A stretch of 64,000 bases of DNA, taken from assembly GCA_963693365.1 (NCBI GenBank), contig CAVNZM010000008.1, positions 4,488,310-4,552,309 on the forward strand, read 5' to 3'. Made by a program: the position numbers and the translations under genes. The notes under the pieces are model-generated. The model did no database searches. It was not told the origin of the DNA and saw only the letters and a list, made by a program, of their open reading frames with translations. Numbering within the stretch: position 1 is the first letter of the stretch; each line of letters begins with the position of its first letter. This document shows, piece by piece, positions 51,112 to 64,000 of the stretch. Origin of the DNA: Amoebidium appalachense. Taxonomy: Eukaryota; Protista; Ichthyosporea.

Positions 51112-52206
51112 CCCTTCCTCTCTCTTGGCGCCACTTTCTCCGGATCCGCTTCCAGTGGGACACTTGTAAGACATGCAAACACCCAAAACAAAAGATGCAG
51201 ATGATCTCATTCAGAGTAGTTACAGTGAAGGTGTGCCCTGGGAAACACCTGGCAGGTGTGATTCTAAACGGCAGTCACTGGCAGTCTCACCAACGTAATA
51301 TTCACATCCCGACGTTCCTCTGGCAAGATGGCCCGGCACAGTACGGTATTCTGTACGCTCATGCCCCGCAGGGCAAGCCTACAGTGGGCGTGGCCGGTTC
51401 AATAGTCTACGGGTATAGTGGGGCCTTGTTGACTACCTCCATCGTCACAATAAAAGCACCGTCCGCGTCCTCGCCGGCTATCCCTGCTCCAAGACGGTGA
51501 GGCGCTCCAGAAACTTCGTGGTGGAGATCCTGAGGGCCAGCCGGGCAGATCTGCCTGCTTGCGCATGCTTAAGCCCTACTGCTTCAAGACTTGGTGTGTG
51601 ACTGAGGTCTGGCCAGCCAGATTTGGGAAAGCCCAGGGTTGGGAGGATGAGTCGGTGGGTGGGTGGGTGGTGATGGTGGTGGTGGTGGTGGGGGGGGGGT
51701 TGGGGGGGGGGGGAGGGGGGGGGGGGGTTAGGTTAGGTTAGAAATTCGTCTCCTGTATAAGTTCATACTCTGCCAAAGTTTATCCGCTGAGATCCGCTCC
51801 TATGTGACTAAGTGCCTCACCAGCACGGAGCTGGAGGGCAAACTTGCACAAACTTCTACATGCCGGCCTCCAAATTCTCTTGGTCGCACCCTCGCGGTTC
51901 AGCAAGCCAAGAAACGTCCCTGAGACTGCAGCATTAATTACACCATTACTAAGACGTGACATCTGTTCGAGAACGTTTGGAGCTTGCAACGCGCGGGCCG
52001 CTCGGGGCCGGTGAGCCGCTAAACAACGATTGCGTCTCGCTGTTTAGCGTAAATATTGCACAAGTTTTGCGCTAAATCTAGTCTAACCAGGAGGGGTACG
52101 TCAGATCACAGGTTTCAAGAGCCCTACCCTTTCTTACGTCATCCGGAGTATTAGTCTAGTGCGCGCCTCGGTCCGGTGAGCTCTTTTGGAGGCCTTGTGG
52201 CGCAGC
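50097..52206. mobile_element. Putative non-autonomous DNA element bounded by imperfect ~85-bp inverted repeats
   Basis: CAAGGCCTCC..AGCTCACCGG.CCGAGGC...GATGACGT..AAGGGTAGGGC at 50106-50181 is mirrored at 52121-52197. No TSD or transposase recognised. Confidence 0.5.
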
Positions 52207-52544
52207 CCCGGTGATGGGATGATTAGCCATAAATGGAAGGTAAAGAGTAGTAGATGTTAGCTAAATATGGCTATGACAAGGCCTTTTTTGGGTCTTTACC
52301 GTTTTCGGAAGTTCCCTTTTCCCCTTAGATCTTGGCCTCACTCCGGCATAGTGTTCATCGCCGCCTCCCACTTTGTTAACCACTGTTCAGTTATAGCACG
52401 TACAATACACACACTCACCATCTCAGTTTGTGGCCATATATGCACTTTTGTTTATTTTCCACCTAGCCTTCCATTGCTAGCACTTAAACACGAACTTAAC
52501 ACCATCGCCCCACATAACCCCACACTAGTGTTAGGAGACTTTAA

Positions 52545-55500
52545 GGGGATCACATTGCTGTGATTTTTGGAAATTCCACGCATTCGATTGGATACCGGTT
52601 ATCCAATCGAAGAGTTTATATTGAATTGAATCTAAAATATATAGACTTTTTTGGTTAGTCAAGATCCGGTATTACCATTGGCTGTAGGAATCACGATTTT
52701 GGCCGCGAAGACCCACAGTCGTGATTTCGGGGCCGAAAAGTGCCTGTAAATTTTAGTAGCCTATCGAAAGTACATCATAAATTGGATTGTGTCGCACGGT
52801 GTCAACGGCAGCCACACACAGGCTTTCCTGCCAAAGTTTGGCGCGAAACAACAGAGCTTTCCGGCCGAGGACGGCGTCCTGCCGGCCCGCCCTGCGGCGC
52901 CTGGAGCGCCCAGCGGTGGTTGCCTGCACCCCAGGGGGAGCATGGTGGACGCAGGGGAAAAGAAATGACAGCAATAAAACAGGAACTAGTACACCTCATT
53001 TGTTCATCACATCTTTTTTCAAACATGTTCGAACATGGCGGACAAGAAAGGTAGGAAGAGAGTACAAAAACGCTCAGACAATGCTACCAAGCTCACAAAG
53101 AAACAGCTACTAAAACTGCTAGCTGAACGCAAGAGAAAGAATAACGTCGAAGAAGAAAACAACACAGACACTAGTGCAGAGGATACACAACGGGAAACCA
53201 CACAGGAACAGAGCGAGGTTAGCTCAAACAGTCAGGAAAGCACCCATAGTGAGACCAGCGCTAATACTGGGGGAGGGGGGGTATCACACCCTTCCCCCAC
53301 CCATAGTAGCCCCAATAGCCCTAGAGTAGGTAAAAGCGATTCGGAGGAAGAATGCACCCCCCCCTCGCAAAAAGCACAGAGCAGAGCTTGAAGCTACAAA
53401 CACACATGCAAACACACCCACACCCACAACCACACCACGGACCGACCCCGCAGAGGGAGCAGCACGGCATGCTGTCGAGGTTGAAAATCATAGCGACGAT
53501 TCCCACTCAGGTAGTGATGGCGATGACAGCAGCAGCGATGCTGAGGATGCGGGCAAGGAAAGCAGTAGCAGTGTTGGGGGCTACAAGTCCATAGGCTCTA
53601 GTGACTATTCAGACGCCGTTCCCCTCAGAGTGATGGTCCGCCTTAGAGAACGTAGGGGTTCTCTGGGGACCGAAAATGTCATCTTCACTTGATTCTCAGC
53701 AAGACTTAGAAGTTGAGTTTTGTATTTATTTATTAGTTGTTGTAGTTTGTTTCCTTTTCCTTTCTTCATTTCTTTCTTTCTTTTCCGTTTCCGTGTACAC
53801 GACATCTTAGATCTGTGTACGTATCGACATACTTAGCTCGCGCACACGTATTGTCGTTTGCGTCAAAATCTATATATGTCATCCAATCATATCTCATTTG
53901 TATTTTCCCAAATATAGTAACTTACATTCCTTTCTCATTCCTTTCCCACGACGTAGCATTGTGCTATGTTCTCCAACTATTAGGAATAATTATATTTAGA
54001 CGTGTTATGATAAGAACATGTATAAATGTATGTTATGAATTAATAGTTACATAAGTGGTTTCATTTTGTTAAATGTTTCCGTGCTTTTATTAGAAGTTTC
54101 TTTCATTAGAGGATTGAGTTTTATATTCTATGTGTCGACAGACATTTTAATCGATATATTTTACGCTGATAGTTTTCGTCCTTTTGATTGGTTTATCGTT
54201 TCACATTCCCAAGTATAAAAGGGACCTCATCTTGAAATAAATCATAAGCAGTCGTATTCATTTCCTATCGAAAGGAAGGCATCCTTGTACACTGATTTGA
54301 TTGGCCAGATCCTGGATCAATAAGTTGAAATAAACACGGCCGTATGTCCGTGCAATGTACTCTGATCATGTCTTATAACCACGTGTCTGGAGACCATGGG
54401 AAACTCCCATGAACCATCTATCTTACCAGAAGCATGCAAAAGATTACGAAGATTTATTCCCGTTATTAGTGTAACACATATTTGCTAACATATTACGTCT
54501 GAAAACAATGAACATATGTATACGCGTGCACCTGTACGCGAAAGGCAATCTAATTATGGAATGTTGTGAATGAGTGTGAGCGAATGAGCAATCAATAGAC
54601 TTAGCTATATATGGCGAAAAGCCATGAGCCAAGAGCCACGAGCCGATTGCCATGAGGCTTGTACTTATATTCTTACAGAGAGATGAAATCGATTAACAGA
54701 AGTGTGTAAATAATTAACAATGATATAAGGCTGATATATATCTGTCATTCTAGAGAAATATGTAGTAACTTGTAATGTAAATATGCCCTGTACGTACTGT
54801 CTCTATATGATAAGTAGCTGTGAGCCGGATCCACTCATAAGGTCTTATAGGATGACATCATAGTGAGCAAAGAATAGATCGAATAGATTGATTGGTTAGA
54901 TCTGTAGCCGCGCACTTTGTACATAGATGTCGGAACTCTTTTAACATAATATTTAGTGTAGCCAAGAGCGCTAGAAAGTATAAAAGGTAGTTAGAATTCG
55001 TTAGTTAGGGAGGGTCTTTCCCCTTCTTAGTACATGGTCACAACTAAGGGAAATAACACGCATAGAATTAGGCATTGCTTGTCTATGGTCATCACTATTG
55101 CCTGTAGGCCATCGTATTGATACAGTCACGTACAGTTCCCTCGTCACATCTACATTACGGCCAGGTTGCCACAGCTTATGAGCATCAATAAACGTCCAAG
55201 TATTCATAAATTGCCATACTTAGTGTGTAACAGACCGCCGTCCTCAACGCTATGGTTCCAGAAATCGTTCCACCTCTCCGGTTGTGTTTTTCCCGTGTGT
55301 CTCTGTGTTGTGTATATCATAACACCCATCTGTGCTCTCTGCTTCTCCGTTTACCTGACCCACCCGCAGCTAGCGTCGACCCGGTTGATGCACAAAACGC
55401 GAGTGCACAAGAAACAGACACCACAGCCCCACTATCTATAAATCCGGATGCAACCACCAACCCCACCAGCTCACCAACCCGAGGCCCACCCCCTAAAAAA

Positions 55501-57248
55501 CCACGTATGCCACGTACACACCCAGATGAAAGCACAATCGAAGAGGGGCTCAAGTTTTCTAATGCTGGTCTTGATGGGAAATCGATAAAGCCCATGTACA
55601 TAATCCAACACGTAGACATTCTCATACAGACCATTTGTGACAACATCATGCTTTGTAAACATTGTCAAAAACCATACACGAGACGCTCCGCACATGCGAG
55701 ACGGACACGGGTACCCTTGGGCAAACCCTTGACCTCGATGCTTGCAACGTGGTACAAGTTGAACACAAAACACCTGTTTTTAGGGACGAGACCACCAACA
55801 GGCATACCATTCGGATTTATGTAGTGACGGTACTTGTTATAAAAAACTTCATCGTCTAGTGCAGCTATATCTTGCACCTCTTGAACGAGTGAGTGTTCGC
55901 ACGCACATTACAGCTCGGGCGTCCCTTGACAGTCAGGGCAAACAGCGAACTCGTCGTTCTCACTCATATTTACTTAGTATGTGCGCGTTTGAACAACAAA
56001 GAAAGTGAGCATTTCTGGGCGTGTCACGCCTTTTGTACCCTCACGTCGCGAGGAGGAACTTCGAGGAGGGTAAAAAAATCAAGGCGAACAATGTTCCCTT
56101 TGGCGTTCACTATGACAAGAGCCCCAACGTGCCCAGTAGCGTTGATATAATACACACATGTATAAGCCATAAAACAATACGTAAACGCTTCATTGGTAAG
56201 GTAAAGAATCAATATTCATGCATATCATATATGAAGGCCGTATGAATTCGTACTCAAGGCTTCTTCTTCCTATGCACCGCCGAGGCCGGAGGGTGTTGCC
56301 CTACCTAGCTCCAACTACAGCCTTGCCTACCAAGTAGCCTGAAAACCACATAGCGCATGACAATAATCCAATGGCAGATAGCCTTTTTAGGGTCCCTAGT
56401 GCACTAATTGGAAAAATGGCATATAGTTAATATATATATTTGCCATGAAAAGCCTTACTATACTCTAAAATTGAATAAATATTTATATACATATAACCAC
56501 GTTTTTACCGACAGGTACTACACAACAGCGCCTTGGTTTGTATAACTCACGGGAACACGTGCACGAAGGATTGCATCTATGTAAAGCCCAATCAAATCTT
56601 TCTGTTGATCCAGCATTTCGGCACCCAAAAAACCTCATTGCGCGATCTGATTGGCTTTGCGAGGTCGACTGGCGGGAAAGCGAATGCATGTACAGCCAAT
56701 CACACGAGACTGGCGTGCACTGAATTTTGGGTGGTCGAGAGTAGGGCAAACACACGCCGTACGGGCTGGAAAGAGGCCTCTGCGAACCAGATGCAGACCG
56801 CCGTAAACCTATCCAAAACCTAGGAAAGTGGGGTTGGAAACTTCACCACTGAATATCCCCCTCCGGCGGTCGTTCCCCGTTTCCCTTCCCGACGCCCCCT
56901 TTGATACCCTTACTATACAGCACCCACCGTCTATTAGGAAGCAAGCCCTGGGAATTTTGCTGAAGGAAAATGACATTCGTACGCCTTTAGTATATATTAA
57001 AATAAGAATTACCAAGGCTGTAGGTGCTCCTTACGACTTTTTTTTCGAGGTGGATCTGGTTCCTAGAAAACCAGCTGTGGTCATTACGCTATATGCGCCC
57101 GCGATCTATTGGTTGAGGCGATCATCTCTCTAAGTGCGGCTCACTAATAGCCGGTCCAAATCGCCGCTTGATTGGATCAAAGTCACGCTTCTATTTTATT
57201 CAATAAATCCGGAGATATATGACCCGAAAACCCACCCACTAGATCCCC
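52545..57248 (+). mobile_element. TTAA-flanked DNA transposon with GG...CC termini (Kolobok-like), degenerate
   Basis: TTAA at 52541-52544 and 57249-57252; termini GGGGATC / GATCCCC. Excision restores the LINE GDFN motif. Internal broken plus-strand coding remnants from 53035 (MADKKGRK...) through ~56820 include CKHC. Confidence 0.75.
53673..55232. mobile_element. AT-rich insertion resembling a truncated solo LTR inside the Kolobok-like element
   Basis: Sharp compositional shift; GACCG on both sides (53668-53672, 55233-55237); right end ...TAACA; contains TATAAAAGG and AATAAA. The left end lacks TG. Confidence 0.4.
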
Positions 57249-58643
57249 TTAATAGCCCGCTAGTTACCACCCCACACCCCCTACACGGCCACCCACAGGC
57301 CCTACTTAAACCCAACCACCCACGCACGCCAACCGTGACCTTTCACACTTTTGTTACAGCCTTACGCCTTACTCTTCCATCTGTAGTACAAGAACACCGC
57401 ACGGAGTGGGGGGCAGCCTCTGGTCCTTGCACCTTACACATACACCACAACCTACACCCACCACCGTCAGACCACCTACCTATAGTCTTTCGCACTACAC
57501 TTAGCCTTTCTACGCCGTCACCACAACACACTTACAGACTTAACGTACGCGAACTTAAAAGCCAGCGCGGCCAAGCAGACACTCGCTTCTTTTTCCAGAC
57601 GGTGCAACCGAGTCTATTATCGCTTGTGCGTGATGGACGCCAAACCCCGCTACGCACCGACCAGACCTTCATCGATAGCGTCTGGTCTACAGTACGAGAA
57701 ACCTTGTGGAACATAGGTGAATATGCCTGTTTAGGTGCCCAAGTTTACCCACAAGCACGAACTACACACACTCGCGGCCCTCGAGCGGAGGCTGCCTTAC
57801 GTAAGCCTCTACCGTATCACATGCTATTGGGTAATATTCGGAAGATTGATCGCGGCGATCATTCGATTCGAATAACGGCCGACCAGTCATCCGACCCGGA
57901 ATCTGCAACCGATTCCTTTTACGGCACCCTGTTTAAACGTAACCCAACATGTACGGCCACGGACCTGGGGCAGGCGCCCCCTCCTGTTTTTGTTCCACCC
58001 TCCGACACACCACCACCCCCACACACGGCGTGGCCAGCGGTGCCGGCTGAGTTTGGGGCTGAATTGGGGGAACTTTTTACTGGCAGATGCGGTATGGCAG
58101 TTAGTCTCCCGTTACCCGTCCCTCAAAGAGTGCGGGCCGGACGGCATTCCTATCATAATGGCACTACTTAAGGTACTCATCCCACCCCGACCCGAGAAAG
58201 ACGAAAAGCGTGGCCCGCCGCCACCACTTACGTGTATTCTTAGCGAGTTGTTTAGCTGGTATTCTGATGTCGGTAAAGTGCCCTCGGAGTGGCTAGCCAC
58301 CTTAGTGTTTCCCATCAAGAAAACGGTTGCACAGGGTCCCATTCACGAATTTCTCCCTATCACCCTTACGTCCGTTTTTCGCCGATTATTCGAAAGTGGC
58401 CTTTTACAGGCCTTTTCCCGTAACCCCACCCTTAAGCAGGCTTCCCAGCTGAGCCCTCTTCCGGCGGCGTTTCGGCATCGACACTCATGTTACGCACAAA
58501 TCCTCACTCTACATAATGCAACTCAAAGTGATACCGAGCACCTCGTATTTATCGATTTTAAGAACGCGTACGACACGGACGACCTCCCTCGCCTGTGGGC
58601 CAAGTTGGCCACTCGCGGTGTCCCATTCCAAATGGGTCGGCTA

Positions 58644-60301
<1,658 letters not shown>

Positions 60302-61392
60302 TACTGGAGGCTATGTTTACGTTTACACGCGGACGAGCGGTGGTTAATGGGCGGCTATCCCCAGGGTTTACCCGCACGCGCGGGGTACTTCAAGGGTCCC
60401 TGCTAAGTCCTCTTCTTTTCAACCTGTATATTGATGATTTAGCCGACACTCTTTCTGCGGCACAAATTGACGGGGGGTTGTCATCCCAGGCTCCCCCCGC
60501 CCTCTTTTTTTGCCGACGATATTGTGCTTATGTCATCCGATCCTCTCGAACTACGGCAATACATTCATGTGGTTGAACATTGGTGCCAGCGCAACGATAT
60601 GCAGATTAATGTCAAAAAGTGTGCCCTTTTATCAAAATCGATACCGGCATGGGACGACGTTTGTAGTTTTGGCAGTCCCCTCCCTCGCCCAATCGATTAC
60701 AAGTATTTGGGATTCCGGTGGACGAATGGGGCATATGTTTCAAACGGATGATCGACCGTCGGGTGGAGAGTGCAGGCAGGTGCCACTTCAGTTATTTAGG
60801 GATGTGAATCTTGCTACTCTTTCTCATACTGTCCACCTATACAATCGTCTTAGTATATCATGATTTCGCACATATATTCGCCCTTTGTCTGAATACGGGT
60901 TGCCCTTACTAGCTACTATGGCACCCCCTGATACTGTTACTAATGTCCTCAAATCAATAGATGATTTCCACTACACAACTTGTTGTACGTTTCTCACTGG
61001 TCTTTCCACACCTATCCCTAGACGCCTTTTTGATTCTCTCTACGCACTCACACCACCATCACAACGCGTACACGAATTAGCCCTTAAATTTCACGAGCAC
61101 ATCACCCGCCTGTCCGCTTGTGCCCCGGACCACCCGCTCTTCCGCCGGCGGCTACACGCATCCCCGCCGGACTCGCCCCTCTACCTCTTCCCTTCCCCAT
61201 CGTCTCTGCCCATTGCCGAGCGTTATGTGGAATGGCTGGCGACCCCACCGGAGGTACGGCTAGATCATAGTGTGAATAAGAATAGTTTCAAGTCTTTGGC
61301 TGATAGATATCTTTTTACTCTACGTGTTGAGTCCCTTCCGGTGTTAGGACCGCAAAAACACCAACTACTAGTAGCCTATATGGCGGATCTGG

Positions 61393-63168
<1,776 letters not shown>

Positions 63169-63725
63169 TACGGTTACTAGTAGAGAGTCTCGTTCATACA
63201 TAGATTCGTTTATTCGTAATGTGGTGTTGTGCAAAAACGCAAAGATGATTATGGCTTGGCGGTGTAATCGGTTTCTGGTGTCTCCTGCTCGTATGTGTAA
63301 TATGTGTGGGTGGCGGTTTACTCGCGGCTGCATATCTATTAATAAATGCAACCTGTTAGCTAATGTATTAGAACCGGAGGTTATTGGCGGTTTTATTCTC
63401 TTTTCTTCCTCTCTTCCTCAATATATCCGTTTTAAGATGACTATCCTAGATCACCTTATTAATGCTGCACAGTATGATATTGTGATCCGGTGCCTTAACT
63501 TTCTTCCGGAGCTACCGATGCTAGCCTCTGCTTACCCATAATATGTAATAGGGGTGTCAGATACTACGATGGCGCTCATTGTTGCCTAGCATGTACATAT
63601 GTCACTGGCTGCATTTGATTGGCTGTGCTGGAAAACGCAGTAGGCCGTCGAATGTGGCTGGGCCTCCGGCAGTGTCCACGCAATAAAAAGTGTGTAAACC
63701 CCCCTTCTTGACTGTCACCTACTGA

Positions 63726-63830
63726 GGTGACTCGTATTTTTCCTTACACACACAGCGAACGGGACCGTAGAGCCGCCGCGAGAGAAAGCATGCACGCGGT
63801 CGCGAGAGTGTAAGGAAAAATAGAGTCACC
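63726..63830. repeat. ~24-bp inverted repeat with ~58-nt spacer
   Basis: GGTGACTCGTATTTTTCCTTACAC versus GTGTAAGGAAAAATAGAGTCACC (1-nt indel). Confidence 0.8.
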
Positions 63831-64000
63831 CAGGAAATTTTCATCATCAAGTTCTGTGATTGGTCGGAAAGCAAAGCCCCTCATCTATTGGTTCCTGGTA
63901 AATCCCCCGCAAACAGGTTTGGACCCAAGAGAAATCGCGCGATTGCCTGTGTCGTAAGCCAAAGCTCGTTTATTAATAAAGAGGATCAAGGTGATCATCC

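Noticed and set aside
51726-51741. Telomeric TTAGG repeat
   Set aside because: Only three units next to a G-tract; compatible with chance microsatellite.
52541-57252. piggyBac assignment for the TTAA element
   Set aside because: Termini are GG...CC rather than CC...GG, and no piggyBac transposase motif is visible.

Overview
Eukaryotic genomic DNA with spliceosomal introns. It looks like a unicellular, plausibly opisthokont genome, but the lineage cannot be fixed from this window. Non-coding DNA is saturated with (G)n/(C)n tracts and (CA)n/(GA)n microsatellites, so most ORFs in the supplied track are spurious. The left half holds host genes: a large multi-exon Pro/Thr-rich gene with a PAM2-like motif (minus), a divergently transcribed SDS3/BRMS1-family gene (plus), and an F-box/LRR gene (minus) with an inverted, decayed paralog. 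It also holds a 5'-truncated Penelope-like retroelement of the CxC-linker (Naiad/Chlamys-type) class and three copies of a structured non-coding element ending in poly-C. The right half is a transposon stack: one young Copia nested antisense inside another, a pogo/Fot1-like element inserted in a ~102-bp tandem array, and a decayed LINE split by a TTAA-flanked Kolobok-like element and two copies of a TA-targeting TIR element carrying an unknown ORF. The most notable pattern is that three unrelated element types sit in or end on (C)n tracts, which suggests poly-C tracts are integration landing pads or products of retrotransposition. Several single-base frameshifts fall in short homopolymer runs and may be assembly errors.
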